Notes: generated by a model not told the origin, from the sequence alone. 64,000 nucleotides of DNA from an uncultured Acidimicrobiia bacterium (GCA_964195405.1 CAXMPK010000267.1:6602-70601); one strand, 5' to 3'; numbered from the stretch's first letter, positions 19,035-29,802 are shown. Numbers and translations are program-made.

Positions 19035-20021
19035 ATGAAAAGGACCGCGCTGATTGCGGTGCTGGTGATGGTGGTTGCTGCTTGCAGCCCATCTGACGCC
19101 GGGGCCACGACCACCACCGACAACCCTGCCACGACAACGCCTGCCCAGATAACAACCACAGCCGCACCCGCTACCTCCACAACAACCGACGAAGGGTTCC
19201 CGGTCAGTGTGGAGGCTGACAATGGGTCGGTGACAATCGAGGCGCGTCCCCAGGCGATCATCTCTCTCTCATCAACCGCGACTGAGATGTTGTTTGAGAT
19301 GGGTGCAGGGCCCCAGGTCGTCGCGGTCGATGATCAATCCAATTACCCAGCCGAAGCGCCGATGACCGATCTCTCGGGTTTCACACCGAACCTGGAGGCA
19401 ATCCTCTCTTACGAGCCGGATCTTGTGGTGATCACGTTTGATCCGGGAGAGTTGATCGCTGGCCTGGAGACGGCGGACATTCCTGTCCTTTCCTACACCG
19501 CCGCCTTCACCATTGATGACGTCTATCGACAAATCGAGGCCCTGGGAACGGCAACCGGAAACGTCGAGTCGGCTATTGAGGTGAACGAGTCTATTCAGAC
19601 CGACCTGGAAGATATCGTTGTCGTTTCGGGAGACTCCGGTGAAGGTATCACTTATTATCACGAGATCGACGCCCTGCTATATACGGCGACCTCTTCGACT
19701 TTCTTCGGTCAGATCTACGGCTTGTTTGGCATGGCGAACATCGCCGACGCTGCTGATGAGGACGGTTATGCCTTCGGCTATCCCCAGCTTTCCGAGGAAT
19801 ACGTCGTGGCCTCCGACCCCAACATCATCTTCTTGGCCAACGTCCTCTACGGGGAGTCGTCTGAGACCGTCGCGGCTCGGCCCGGCTGGAGTGTCATGAC
19901 TGCGGTGAAGGACGGTGACGTCGCTGAACTCGATTCCGATGTGGCCTCGAGGTGGGGTCCGCGGATCGTCGAATTCGCTCAGTCGATTGCCGACGCCTTG
20001 GGGCGCTACAAGGAGGGCTGA
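19035..20021 (+). CDS. ABC transporter substrate-binding lipoprotein (BtuF/FhuD-type, cobalamin/siderophore family)
   Basis: ATG at 19035 follows the SD. Lipobox MVVAAC and a Thr/Pro linker, then a PBP type-2 fold (..AIISLSSTATEMLFEMGAG..VVAVD..). The track's 18918 extension runs across the riboswitch. Confidence 0.85.
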   Translation: MKRTALIAVLVMVVAACSPSDAGATTTTDNPATTTPAQITTTAAPATSTTTDEGFPVSVEADNGSVTIEARPQAIISLSSTATEMLFEMGAGPQVVAVDDQSNYPAEAPMTDLSGFTPNLEAILSYEPDLVVITFDPGELIAGLETADIPVLSYTAAFTIDDVYRQIEALGTATGNVESAIEVNESIQTDLEDIVVVSGDSGEGITYYHEIDALLYTATSSTFFGQIYGLFGMANIADAADEDGYAFGYPQLSEEYVVASDPNIIFLANVLYGESSETVAARPGWSVMTAVKDGDVAELDSDVASRWGPRIVEFAQSIADALGRYKEG

Positions 20022-20029
20022 GCTCCCAC

Positions 20030-21064
20030 GTGGCCAATCCATCGGTCACCAGACCATCCAGACCCGGATGGGTGGCTATTACCTCCGGAGTGATTGCTGT
20101 TGTCGGGGTGGGAGTCGCTGGGCTTCTACTCGGCGCGGCCGGGATCGACCGATCCCAAGTCGTGGCTGCCCTTTTGGACGCACTTCCCCTGATAGAGGTT
20201 GAACACGGGCTCTCTGAGATCCATCTGAATGTTCTTTTCCAGATCCGCGCTCCCCGCGTTGTGCTCGGTGGAATGGTGGGTGCGATCTTGGCGGTTGGGG
20301 GAGCGTCTTATCAGGGGGTGTTTCGCAATCCGCTGGCCGACCCGTATCTCCTTGGTGTGGCCGCCGGCGCCGGGCTGGGCGCCACCGTTGCCTTTGCGGC
20401 CAGCGGCAACCCCGGCTTCCTGGCTCCATTCGCATTCGTCGGGGGCATGGCCGCCGTGGCCATCACCTATTCCCTGGGCCGTTCGGTTGGTGGGCGAACC
20501 ACCACTTCTTTGATACTCGCCGGGGTTGCCGTCGCGGCGTTTGCCACCGCAATCCAGACGTTCATCCTTCAGAGAAACTCCGAGACGTTGCGTCAGGTGT
20601 ACTCGTGGATTCTTGGTCAGTTGGTGACAGTCGGTTGGGGTGACGTTCTTGGTTTGTTGCCATACGCATTGGTTGCCTCGGTGGTGATGCTGGCAAGCCG
20701 TCGGATGTTGGACGTGCTGAGTATCGGAGACGAGGAGGCAAGCGCGCTCGGTGTCAACGTTGTCCGGTTCCGGTGGGTGGTTGTAATTGCGGCGACGTTG
20801 GCGACAGCCGCGGCTGTGTCGGTGAGCGGACTGATCGGCTTTGTTGGAATCATCGTGCCCCACACCATCCGTCTGCTCTTTGGTGTGAGCTACCGGGTGA
20901 TCGTCCCGCTTTCGTTGCTGTTTGGTGCTGCCTTCCTGATGGCGGCCGACATTGTCGCCCGCACAGTGGTCGCTCCTGCCGAGCTCCCGATTGGTGTTGT
21001 CACTGCTTTCTTCGGGGCGCCCTTCTTTGTGATGGTGCTCAGATCGATGAGACGTCCGGGATGA
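20030..21064 (+). CDS. FecCD/BtuC-family ABC permease
   Basis: About 9-10 TM segments. Motifs ..RAPRVVLGGMVGA.LAVGGASYQGVFRNPLADPYLLGV.. and ..G.I.FVGIIVPH... GTG start at 20030. Confidence 0.9.
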   Translation: MANPSVTRPSRPGWVAITSGVIAVVGVGVAGLLLGAAGIDRSQVVAALLDALPLIEVEHGLSEIHLNVLFQIRAPRVVLGGMVGAILAVGGASYQGVFRNPLADPYLLGVAAGAGLGATVAFAASGNPGFLAPFAFVGGMAAVAITYSLGRSVGGRTTTSLILAGVAVAAFATAIQTFILQRNSETLRQVYSWILGQLVTVGWGDVLGLLPYALVASVVMLASRRMLDVLSIGDEEASALGVNVVRFRWVVVIAATLATAAAVSVSGLIGFVGIIVPHTIRLLFGVSYRVIVPLSLLFGAAFLMAADIVARTVVAPAELPIGVVTAFFGAPFFVMVLRSMRRPG

Positions 21065-21813
21065 TCCTCTGGGAAGAGATCAGCGTGACCTATGGGGCCA
21101 CCCGGGTACTCGGGCCACTGAGTCTTGGAGTTGAGGACGGAGAATGGCTCGGCCTGATCGGTCCCAACGGTGCCGGTAAGTCGACATTGTTGAAGACGGC
21201 ATTGGGCGCGGTCGAGTACGAGGGAACCGTTTCGTTGGCCAACAGCCGCAGACGGCCAGGGCTGGACATAGCCTGGATGCCCCAGCGTCCTCAGATGCCG
21301 GAGGAGATGAGCGTGGCCGACTATGTCCTATTGGGTAGGACTCCTCACGTCGGTTATCTCGGGTCTGAGAGTGAGACCGATCTGGAGTCGGTTGAGACCG
21401 CCCTTCGCAAGCTGAACATGATCGAGTTTGCCTCTCGACCTCTAGGGACGCTGTCCGGTGGTGAGGCACAAAGGGCCGTCCTGGCCCGGGCTCTCGCCCA
21501 GGAGGCTCCGGTACTCCTTCTCGACGAACCGACAGCGAGCCTGGACATCGGTCATGCCCTCGAAGTCCTCGAGGTGTTGGACGAGTTGCGCAGGACCGAA
21601 GGTCTGACAGTGGTTACAGCTGTTCACGACCTAACTCTCGCCGGAAGATTCGCCGATCGACTGGTGCTCCTGGGAGACGGAATCGTGAGGGGAGACGGCA
21701 CGCCCAGCGAAGTGCTCACCGAAGATTTGCTTCGCGCTCACTACGGTCGTGGTGTGAGGGTTATCAACGATGAGGACGGCCCGACCGTCGTTCCCAAGAG
21801 GTCGAATGACTGA
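21061..21813 (+). CDS. ABC transporter ATP-binding protein (BtuD/FecE-like)
   Basis: Walker A GPNGAGKST, signature LSGGEAQR and Walker B LLLDEPT. An ATGA overlap with the permease stop sets the start at 21061. Confidence 0.9.
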   Translation: MILWEEISVTYGATRVLGPLSLGVEDGEWLGLIGPNGAGKSTLLKTALGAVEYEGTVSLANSRRRPGLDIAWMPQRPQMPEEMSVADYVLLGRTPHVGYLGSESETDLESVETALRKLNMIEFASRPLGTLSGGEAQRAVLARALAQEAPVLLLDEPTASLDIGHALEVLEVLDELRRTEGLTVVTAVHDLTLAGRFADRLVLLGDGIVRGDGTPSEVLTEDLLRAHYGRGVRVINDEDGPTVVPKRSND

Positions 21814-22387
21814 CAAAGCAACGGCGCCTATCGGGCCACCGACAGAACCGCCCGGAAAGGCATCGGAACGTGAGCCTTCTCTTGTCCTGATCAACACCGG
21901 GGACGGCAAGGGAAAGTCGACAGCCGCTTTCGGGACGGCCATGCGTGCGATCGCCAGGGGATGGAATGTCGCGGTAGTCCAGTTTCTCAAGTCTGGCGAC
22001 TGGTCGGTCGGCGAAGAGAAGATAGGCCGAGAGTTGGGCATCGATTGGTGGGCTCTTGGTGACGGGTTCACCTGGGACTCGGAGGACCTGGAGCAATCCG
22101 AGGCCATTGCCCTAGAAGCTTGGGCAGCAGCGCGGGACATAATCGCGTCTGGTGAATACGACCTGGTGTTGTTGGATGAAGTGACTTATCCGATCAATTG
22201 GGGCTGGATCGATACAACGGAAGTTCTTTCAACGTTGAGAGAGCGGCCCGAGAAGGTCAACGTGTTCATCACCGGCAGGGATGCGTCGGAGGCGCTGATT
22301 GATGTGGCTGACACCGTCACCGAAATGAAGAAAGTGAAACATGCCTTCGACCGTGGGGTGATGGCACGGCGAGGGATCGACTACTAG
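21806..22387 (+). CDS. cobO: cob(I)yrinic acid a,c-diamide adenosyltransferase
   Basis: Motifs ..NTGDGKGKSTAAFG.A.RA.G....VVQF.K.., ..LLDE..Y and ..ITGR.A...L...AD.VTEM..VKH. Confidence 0.85.
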   Translation: MTDKATAPIGPPTEPPGKASEREPSLVLINTGDGKGKSTAAFGTAMRAIARGWNVAVVQFLKSGDWSVGEEKIGRELGIDWWALGDGFTWDSEDLEQSEAIALEAWAAARDIIASGEYDLVLLDEVTYPINWGWIDTTEVLSTLRERPEKVNVFITGRDASEALIDVADTVTEMKKVKHAFDRGVMARRGIDY

Positions 22388-22390
22388 TGG

Positions 22391-23224
22391 TTAGCCCACC
22401 GCCTTCTTGTACTGACGTACCGCTAGCGGGGCGAACACGGCAGTAATCGCGACGATCCAAGCAAAGGATTTCAAGATGAGCGTCCCTTGGTCGATGCCCA
22501 GAAACACCAAGGCCTCCTCGGGGATCATCAATGATCTCACCGTATTGGCCACGACGCTGACTGGCTGGTTTTCGGCGAAGCCCTGGAGCCAGTCAGGCAT
22601 GGATACGACCGGAACAAATATCGAGGAAACGAACACCAGCGGGAAGATGGGCAGAAAGCTGGCCGATTGGGCCGCCTCTGGCGTTTTCACCGCGAGACCG
22701 ATCGTGGCCATCACCCAGGAGAAGGCGTAGCCAAACAGCAACGCGATCACTACGCCGAACAGCATCTTGGGGACACCTTGCTCGAACCTCCAACCCATCA
22801 AGAAGCCGACAAAGAGCATCAAGGTGTAGACGAAAGTGTTGCGAACGAGGTCGGCGATGGTGCGACCTGTCAGCACTGCCGAGCGGGCCATCGGCAGACT
22901 GCGAAAACGGTCGATCACCCCAGCACCCAAATCCTCGGTGAGTCCGAGGGCGGTAGCCGTGGCCCCGAACACAGCTGTTTGGACCAAGATGCCCGGCATG
23001 AGCCAGTTGATGTACTGGTCCGATCCGGCCGGCGTGCCCGTGGTGATCGCTCCGCCAAAAACAACGTTGAACAACAGCAGGAACATCACCGGCTGAACCG
23101 TCGAAAACAAGATCAGCGACGGGATGCGGAGGACACGCATGTTGTTACGACCGGTGATGATCGCGGTGTGGTTTATCGCGTCGCCGAGACTCACACGTCG
23201 TTTGGGTTTGGCCACGGTTGTCAT
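22391..23224 (-). CDS. ABC-2 type transporter permease (DrrB-like)
   Basis: Six TM segments in an ABC-2 architecture. 4-nt overlap with the upstream ATPase gene. Confidence 0.8.
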   Translation of the reverse strand: MTTVAKPKRRVSLGDAINHTAIITGRNNMRVLRIPSLILFSTVQPVMFLLLFNVVFGGAITTGTPAGSDQYINWLMPGILVQTAVFGATATALGLTEDLGAGVIDRFRSLPMARSAVLTGRTIADLVRNTFVYTLMLFVGFLMGWRFEQGVPKMLFGVVIALLFGYAFSWVMATIGLAVKTPEAAQSASFLPIFPLVFVSSIFVPVVSMPDWLQGFAENQPVSVVANTVRSLMIPEEALVFLGIDQGTLILKSFAWIVAITAVFAPLAVRQYKKAVG

Positions 23225-24234
23225 CGATCTTGCCCTGTTCCGCTTTCGGCAGGCTCAGATTCACCTTCGGTCTCGGCCTTATGTCCGGTCAGAGTGAGGA
23301 AGACGTCGTCGAGGGTGGGTTTGCGCAGTGCAACGTCCTTCGGCTCAACGTTGACGGCATCCAGTTCACGCACGACCTCGGTGAGGGTTCTCGAACCGCG
23401 GAGGGCTGGAATACTGAGCCCGAGCCGCTCGAAAGTGGGCTCTTCTCCCGCCACCGACGCCAGGGCCCTTGCCGCAGTCTCGCGGTCGGACTCGTCGACA
23501 TGGATCTCGACTACATCGCCACCGAGCCGATCCTTGAGTTCATCCGACGTGCCCTCGGCGATCAAGCGGCCTTGGTCGATCACTCCGACACGGTCGGCGA
23601 GTTGGTCGGCCTCGTCGAGGTACTGAGTGGTGAGAAGGACGGTGGTGCCGCCTTCAACGAGGTCTTCGATGAGATCCCATAGATCGAGACGGCTGCCGGG
23701 GTCGATCCCGGTGGTTGGCTCATCGAGAAAGAGAACTTGGGGGCGACCCACCATCGAGGCGGCGACGTCCAAACGTCGCCGCATGCCACCAGAGTAGGTA
23801 CTCACCTTGCGGTCGGCAGCCTCGGTAAGTTGTATTCGCTCGAGCACGTCGTCGGCCCGGCGTTTGGCTTCTTTTTTGCCCAGGTTGTAAAGCCGACCGA
23901 CCATCTCGACGTTTTCCCTCCCCGTGAGGAACTCGTCGACGGCCGCCGATTGTCCGGCCAGACCGATCTTGTACCGGGCGCCGACCGGATCGGCGAGCAC
24001 ATCGACACCGGCAACGGTCGCACTGCCCGAGTCAGGTTTCAGGAGGGTGGTGAGCACCCTGATAAGAGTTGTCTTGCCGGCCCCGTTTGGCCCGAGCAAG
24101 CCATAGACAATTCCCTCCTCGAACTGAAGGCTCACGTCGTCGAGGGCGCGCACGTCTCCGAAAGTCTTGACGATATTTGTGGCCACGACCGCACTCATGA
24201 GTTGGGAGATATTAGTGGTCCGCCTTGAGTTCAA
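23221..24234 (-). CDS. ABC transporter ATP-binding protein (DrrA/daunorubicin-resistance type)
   Basis: Walker A GPNGAGKTT, signature YSGGMRRR and Walker B LFLDEPT, plus a DrrA-type C-terminal extension. Confidence 0.85.
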   Translation of the reverse strand: MNSRRTTNISQLMSAVVATNIVKTFGDVRALDDVSLQFEEGIVYGLLGPNGAGKTTLIRVLTTLLKPDSGSATVAGVDVLADPVGARYKIGLAGQSAAVDEFLTGRENVEMVGRLYNLGKKEAKRRADDVLERIQLTEAADRKVSTYSGGMRRRLDVAASMVGRPQVLFLDEPTTGIDPGSRLDLWDLIEDLVEGGTTVLLTTQYLDEADQLADRVGVIDQGRLIAEGTSDELKDRLGGDVVEIHVDESDRETAARALASVAGEEPTFERLGLSIPALRGSRTLTEVVRELDAVNVEPKDVALRKPTLDDVFLTLTGHKAETEGESEPAESGTGQDR

Positions 24235-25277
24235 GGTCGGCGGTCGGCGGCCAGTCGGAACAGGTGGTTCGCTCCTTGGTCAAGGGTCCGGAAGCGCTCG
24301 TCTTTGGTTTGGCCTCGCAACCAGCGGATATAGATTTGCTGGAGGACCACGCCGAGCTTCCATGCTCCAAAGACCAGATACCAGTCGACGCGCCTCATGT
24401 CAGTACCTGTTAGCTCGCCGTAGAGATCGACGGCCGAGGTTCGGTCCATCCACCCATTGACAGTGGTGGGCATCAGCCCCAGCGCCTCGGGTGCCTCGCC
24501 GGGATCAAACCAAGACCCCATGAGTGTTCCCAAGTCGGCAAGGGGATCGCCACGTGTTGCCATGTCCCAGTCGTAGACCGCGGCGCAAACGGCCGGATCG
24601 CCGGGATCGAGCGCCATGTTGTCGAGTCGCCAGTCATTGTGGAGGAGTGTTGGACGTGGTGACTCGGGCAGCTCTGCAGCAAGCCATGCGGCCACTTCGT
24701 CGGCAACGGCATTCTCCTCGTGTTTCGATGCTTTCCAACGTCCGGCCCATCCCGACACCTGTCGGTCCAGAAAGCCTTGCGGGTGCCCGAGATCACCCAA
24801 GTCGCAGTCGTTGGGATTGACACCATGGAACTCGGCAAGTGTTTGGATCACAATCTCGGAGAGGGCGCGATTCGACGTTGGGTTGGTCCCAGAACCGAAC
24901 ACGTCGGGGACCTGGCCTCTGACAACGATGCCGCCCCTCCGCTCCATGAGGAAGAAGGGTGACCCGATGACATCCACGTTCTCGCAGAGGGCGATTGCCC
25001 GGGCTGCTTTGTCGAACGAACGCCAAAGACGGGCCAGCACTCGGTACTCGCGGGACATGTCGTGAGACGAGGCTGCGACCGGTCCGAGAGGCGGCCGGCG
25101 GAGGACCAACTCGGTCCCGTCTGGATAGGTGAGTAGATAGGTGAGGTTGGCCTTGCCACCACCGAACTGCATGACCTTCGGTCGGCCAGGAGGAAGAGCC
25201 TCGTGATCTTGGGCCCAGGACACCAAGGACTCGACGTCGAAGCCCTCATCTTTGCGAACATCAATCAGGTCACCCAC
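24231..25277 (-). CDS. phosphotransferase (APH/choline-kinase-like) family protein
   Basis: Motifs ..FGGGKANLTYLL.., ..LVLRRPP.G and ..LLHNDWRLDN...D..AV.DWD (kinase catalytic loop). Confidence 0.8.
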   Translation of the reverse strand: MGDLIDVRKDEGFDVESLVSWAQDHEALPPGRPKVMQFGGGKANLTYLLTYPDGTELVLRRPPLGPVAASSHDMSREYRVLARLWRSFDKAARAIALCENVDVIGSPFFLMERRGGIVVRGQVPDVFGSGTNPTSNRALSEIVIQTLAEFHGVNPNDCDLGDLGHPQGFLDRQVSGWAGRWKASKHEENAVADEVAAWLAAELPESPRPTLLHNDWRLDNMALDPGDPAVCAAVYDWDMATRGDPLADLGTLMGSWFDPGEAPEALGLMPTTVNGWMDRTSAVDLYGELTGTDMRRVDWYLVFGAWKLGVVLQQIYIRWLRGQTKDERFRTLDQGANHLFRLAADRRP

Positions 25278-25332
25278 GGCCGGCGAGCGTATCGGGTTTG
25301 AATCGAAGCCTGGTCGTATACCCTCGAACTAA

Positions 25333-26985
25333 ATGAGAACACCATTCGAAATCTCCGATGCTTTTACAGATTCGTGGGCCGATCTTCAACCGATCGCGGC
25401 AACCACTCAGGGTGTCACCGGGCGCGATCATCTTTGCGCGGACTTGTCACCGGATCGCCATCATGAATCCGCCGCTCTCTACCGGGCCACTCGGGCCGAG
25501 CTGGCTCCTCAGTTAGACCATCCGGATCCAACCCAGGCTTTTGCCGCGAGAGTTCTCGTGGGTGAGCTTGACGCGAGGCTCGATGTCTACCAGGCCAACA
25601 AATACCGACGAGACCTCAACCACATCTACAGCCCGTTTCAGATCGTTCGCGACGTGTTCGATGTGATGCCGAAGACTTCGATCGAGGACTGGGACAACAT
25701 CGTTGCCCGGCTCGACGGTTTCGCCGGGATGCTCGACGGGTACAGGCAATGTTTGGAAGAGGGAGTGGCTGCCGACGACACTGTCGCTCTTCGCCAAGCC
25801 GAGTCGCTGCTGGCTCAGGTAGAAACTGCAGGGTCGGACCAATCGATGTTTCTCAGGTTTGTGAGCGAAGCCGACTCTGTGGGAGCCGACACCGTTGCAG
25901 TTGCCACCGCTGTGGATAGCGCACGGTCCGGGTGTGTCGAGTTGGCCAACTGGCTGAGAGCCTCCTACCTCCCGGCGGCACGACCCCAAGACGCGGTGGG
26001 CGAGGAGGAGTATCTCCGCGGAGCGGAGGAGCATCTCGGGATGGACCTCGATCCGCACGAGACCTACGACTGGGGTTGGGACGAGATTCACCGTTTGCGC
26101 GCCGAGATGGCCGCCACTTCCTCCGATATCGACCCAAACCTCTCTTTGGAAGATGTCATCGATCTCCTGGAGACAGACCCGGCAAGGTCGGCGGCGACGC
26201 GAGCTGATTTCACCGAATTCGTATCGGAATTACAGCAGAAGGCGATCCAACAACTCGACGGTGAGCATTTCGATCTGCCCGACGAACTCAAGGTGGTGAC
26301 GGTGAATATCGCCCCTCCTGGTGTGGCCTTGGGAGCCTGGTATAACGCTCCGTCAGAAGACTTCAGTCGCGCCGGCTCGATTTGGTACGCACCAGGTGAG
26401 CGAGAACGGCTTCCCTATTGGCAAGAGGTCTCCACCGCCTATCACGAAGGGTTTCCTGGTCACCATCTCCAGGTTGGGACAGCGGTGACCTTGCGGGACA
26501 AGCTATCTCGATTTCACCGGATCGGGATTTGGAATTCCGGATCCGGCGAGGGTTGGGCGCTATATGCGGAGCAATTGATGGACGAGTTGGGGTTTTTCGA
26601 GAAGCCCGAATACCGCCTTGGCTTGCTGACAAGTCAACTGTTCAGATCGGTCCGCGTTGTCGTCGACATCGGGTGTCAGCTCGAGAAGGTCATTCCGAAT
26701 GATGCACCAATGCACTCAGGGGAGGTCTGGAACTACGACATTGGGGTCGACTACATGAACATCGTTGGCCTGCAACCCCGTGACATTTCGGAGTCGGAGG
26801 TGACGCGCTATCTCGGTTGGTGGGGACAGGCGATCTCATACAAAGTGGGGGAGCGGGAGATCCTCAAGATGCGTTCCCAAGTCATGGACGATGAAGGAGC
26901 CTCTTTCGATCGCAAGGGCTTTCACGGAAGAGTCTTGGAGGCGGGAGCGATTCGACTAGATCAGCTGTGGGAGGAAGTCGTTTGA
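25333..26985 (+). CDS. DUF885 domain protein
   Basis: 550 aa with the characteristic ..YHEGFPGHHLQ.. segment. Confidence 0.75.
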   Translation: MRTPFEISDAFTDSWADLQPIAATTQGVTGRDHLCADLSPDRHHESAALYRATRAELAPQLDHPDPTQAFAARVLVGELDARLDVYQANKYRRDLNHIYSPFQIVRDVFDVMPKTSIEDWDNIVARLDGFAGMLDGYRQCLEEGVAADDTVALRQAESLLAQVETAGSDQSMFLRFVSEADSVGADTVAVATAVDSARSGCVELANWLRASYLPAARPQDAVGEEEYLRGAEEHLGMDLDPHETYDWGWDEIHRLRAEMAATSSDIDPNLSLEDVIDLLETDPARSAATRADFTEFVSELQQKAIQQLDGEHFDLPDELKVVTVNIAPPGVALGAWYNAPSEDFSRAGSIWYAPGERERLPYWQEVSTAYHEGFPGHHLQVGTAVTLRDKLSRFHRIGIWNSGSGEGWALYAEQLMDELGFFEKPEYRLGLLTSQLFRSVRVVVDIGCQLEKVIPNDAPMHSGEVWNYDIGVDYMNIVGLQPRDISESEVTRYLGWWGQAISYKVGEREILKMRSQVMDDEGASFDRKGFHGRVLEAGAIRLDQLWEEVV

Positions 26986-27590
26986 AGAAGACAGTCTTCG
27001 ATCTCGAGTCTGGAGAAACTGGCGACACTTACAAGCTGTTGTCTGGCATCGTTGTGCCTCGACCGATTGGATGGATCGGCACCCGCAGGGACAACGGTAC
27101 GTACAACCTGGCGCCGTTTTCATTCTTCAATGTGGTCTCGATCAGTCCGCCGACGGTCCTGTTCTCCGGCGGCCGTCATCCCGACCGCCCCAAGGATTCG
27201 GTCACGTTCGCCGAGAACACGGGGGAGTTCACAGTCAATATCGTCAGTGAGGCGGTGGCCCAAGCGATGAACGTGACATCGGGATCGTTTAGCGCCGACG
27301 ACGATGAATTTGCTATCGCAGGCCTCACCGCGGCATTGGGTGTCAAAGTCAGCGCTCCGCTTGTGGCCGAATCGCCAGCCAATCTCGAGTGCAAAGTGGT
27401 GGACATCCTCAACGTGGGAACGCAAGGACAGTCACGTGTAGTGATCGGAGAGGTCCTGGCGATCCACATCCGCGAAGACGTGCTGGATGGCAGCCGTGTC
27501 AACAACGACATACTTCAGGCCATCGGGCGCATGGCCGGCGACACCTACATCAACACCCGTGATCGTTTCCAGCTGCAACGGCCCGACTGA
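26967..27590 (+). CDS. flavin reductase family protein
   Basis: Motifs ..YKLLSGIVVPRPIGWIGT....G..NLAPFSFFN.VS..PP.V.FS... Confidence 0.8.
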   Translation: MGGSRLKKTVFDLESGETGDTYKLLSGIVVPRPIGWIGTRRDNGTYNLAPFSFFNVVSISPPTVLFSGGRHPDRPKDSVTFAENTGEFTVNIVSEAVAQAMNVTSGSFSADDDEFAIAGLTAALGVKVSAPLVAESPANLECKVVDILNVGTQGQSRVVIGEVLAIHIREDVLDGSRVNNDILQAIGRMAGDTYINTRDRFQLQRPD

Positions 27591-27595
27591 GACGC

Positions 27596-28714
27596 CTAGC
27601 AGCCTTGGCTCACGAGAGTGGGGTAGGGGTTGATCACCACTCCTTTGTAAAACATCATGAAGTGCAGATGGGGACTCGAGCCGACGGCGTTGCCGGTGTT
27701 CCCGTTGTATCCGACGACTTCGCCGGCATTGACACGTCCGCTTTTCCCGAACTTATCCATGTGACTGCCGACGTAGATGACGCCATCGTCGCCAGTGAGA
27801 TTGAACTGCTTGCCGCCGATCGGTCCGGTGTTGTGTTTCACAGTGCCCGACACCGGTGCGTAAATCGGGACGCCGCGGCTTGCGAACAGATCATTTCCCT
27901 CGTGCCACCGGCTACCACCGCCACGTGGGAAGCCCCAGTCATTGAAGAAGGCAGCCTTCTCTACAGGACAGGCCCACCTCGACCCGCCGGGCACCACGAG
28001 TACCTGACCTGCCCTGATCAGGTTGGGGTTCGAGATCCCGTTGAGACTGGCAAGATGGGAGATAGTGGTGCCGTGTGCGGCGGCGATGTCGCCGAGGCGA
28101 TCACCCGACTTCACTTTGTAAGTGCCCTCGCCACCGCCACTTTCAAATGTGTAGCTGGGTCCGTCGGCGAACAGACGTGTGTTGGCGTAGATGATGCCCT
28201 TGACGATGCCGTTGGCCCGAGCAATTTGGTTGGTTGGAAGCCCGAATCGACGGGCAACCGCAGCCATGCTTTCGCCTTTCCTGACGATGGCGTAGCGACC
28301 CGAACGCACATTGGGGTGGGAAGAACCTCGGTTCGAGCTGCCGCCGGAGATGACGATGTTTTGACCGACCCTGATCAGGTTGGGATTGGAGATTCCGTTT
28401 GCAGCGGCCAGCGCCGAAACACTTGATCCATATTGGGTCGCGATCTTGCCCAGTGTGTCACCGAGTCTGACAACGTGGACCACGCCAGGCTCGCCCTCTT
28501 CGCCTGGGATGACCAACACCTGACCAATATGGATCAGGTTCGGGTTTGAGATGTTGTTTGATTTCACGAGGGCGGTAACAGACACCCCGTGTTTCTTGGC
28601 GATTTTGCCAAGTGTGTCCCCGCTTTTGACTGTGTAGTCGACCGAAAAAAGTGCTACGAGTAGCACAAGTGCCGATCCAACCGCTAGGGCACGGGAAACA
28701 CTATTTTTAGGCAT
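27596..28714 (-). CDS. LysM-repeat (x4) M23 family peptidoglycan metallopeptidase
   Basis: Four LysM units (Y.VK.GD.LG.IA...G....L...[14 protein letters not shown]) followed by C-terminal ..WHEGNDLFA.., ..G..G..G.SPHLHF. The ATG at 28714 has an AAGGAG RBS. The track's extension to 28831 is not protein-like. Confidence 0.9.
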   Translation of the reverse strand: MPKNSVSRALAVGSALVLLVALFSVDYTVKSGDTLGKIAKKHGVSVTALVKSNNISNPNLIHIGQVLVIPGEEGEPGVVHVVRLGDTLGKIATQYGSSVSALAAANGISNPNLIRVGQNIVISGGSSNRGSSHPNVRSGRYAIVRKGESMAAVARRFGLPTNQIARANGIVKGIIYANTRLFADGPSYTFESGGGEGTYKVKSGDRLGDIAAAHGTTISHLASLNGISNPNLIRAGQVLVVPGGSRWACPVEKAAFFNDWGFPRGGGSRWHEGNDLFASRGVPIYAPVSGTVKHNTGPIGGKQFNLTGDDGVIYVGSHMDKFGKSGRVNAGEVVGYNGNTGNAVGSSPHLHFMMFYKGVVINPYPTLVSQGC

Positions 28715-28760
28715 TGAAGGTTCAGCTCCTTCAGCCCCTGACTCGCTCCGCCGGACGAGC

Positions 28761-29801
28761 CTAACCCAGATTGGGACGTTTGCCAGACATGACCCGGAGT
28801 TGACCGCAGGCAGCATCGATGTCCTGGCCACGTGTGTTCCTGATGGTGACGTTGACCTTCAGCGACTCCAGGAGTCGCGCGAATTCCTCGATGTGGAGCC
28901 TCGACGATGGCCGTTCCTCGCTCAGGGGGGTGGGGTTGAGGGCGATCAAGTTCACGTGAGCTCGAAGCCGTCTCGCGATGGCTGCCAACTTACGCGCCTG
29001 GTCGTCGGTGTCATTGACACCGTCCATCATTGTCCATTCGATGGAGAGCCTTCTGCCCTTCTTCTCGAAGTAATTCCACGCTGCCTCCTCGAGTTGTTCG
29101 ATCGGGTAGCGCTTGTTGATCGGGACGAGCGAAGTGCGGAGTTCGTTGTCGGCTGCATGAAGACTGATCGCGAGATATACGGGCCAGGGCTCCTCGGCCA
29201 GCCGATTGATGCCCGGCACGATGCCAACGGTCGACACCGTCAGGGACCGTGCCGACAAACCCATGACCTCGATCATCCGTCTGATTGCCTCACGAACACG
29301 GTTGTAGTTGGCGAGCGGCTCACCCATCCCCATGAACACGATGTTGGTGACACGGGAGGGAACACCGGGCATTCCGATTTGGCGGAGAAAGGCTTGCGCG
29401 TACGCGACCTGGGCCACGATCTCACCAGGCTCGAGATGACGTTCAAATCCAAACTGGCCGGTAGCGCAGAAGCTGCAAGCCAGGGCACATCCAGCCTGAC
29501 TCGAGATACAGAGGGTGGCGCGTTTCGAATAGCCCATTAGGACTGACTCGATGGCGGCTCCGTCGGGTGCACGGAACAGCCACTTGCGCGTTCTGCCACC
29601 GTCTGCGTTCTGCTCCCTCTCGACATCGAAGGGCCAGAGGCTGTCGCCGATCTTCTCCCGTAGTTCGCCGGGAAGGTTGGTCATGTCGTCAACGGTCAGG
29701 CACGGCTTTCGATAGAGCCAGTCAGATAGCTGATCCGACCGGTAGGAGGGACCTTCCCCGATGAACCGAGCCAGATCCTCCGGTGCATGGAGGTAGGGCA
29801 T
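28761..29801 (-). CDS. rlmN: 23S rRNA/tRNA (adenine-C2)-methyltransferase, radical SAM
   Basis: The CxxxCxxC motif sits in [18 protein letters not shown]. Also ..[12 protein letters not shown].. and ..[10 protein letters not shown]. Confidence 0.9.
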   Translation of the reverse strand: MPYLHAPEDLARFIGEGPSYRSDQLSDWLYRKPCLTVDDMTNLPGELREKIGDSLWPFDVEREQNADGGRTRKWLFRAPDGAAIESVLMGYSKRATLCISSQAGCALACSFCATGQFGFERHLEPGEIVAQVAYAQAFLRQIGMPGVPSRVTNIVFMGMGEPLANYNRVREAIRRMIEVMGLSARSLTVSTVGIVPGINRLAEEPWPVYLAISLHAADNELRTSLVPINKRYPIEQLEEAAWNYFEKKGRRLSIEWTMMDGVNDTDDQARKLAAIARRLRAHVNLIALNPTPLSEERPSSRLHIEEFARLLESLKVNVTIRNTRGQDIDAACGQLRVMSGKRPNLG

Positions 29802-29802
29802 G

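Noticed and set aside
22667-23626. 319-aa plus-strand ORF, together with other long shadow ORFs such as 20126-20863 (-), 60 kb-region 59998-60675 (-), 61074-61802 (-), 62728-63372 (-) and 27605-28426 (+).
   Set aside because: All lie antisense to genes with clear family motifs (ABC-2 permease/ATPase, BtuC-like permease, galU, moeA, translin, LysM-M23). Their products are low-complexity and Arg/Ser/Pro-rich.
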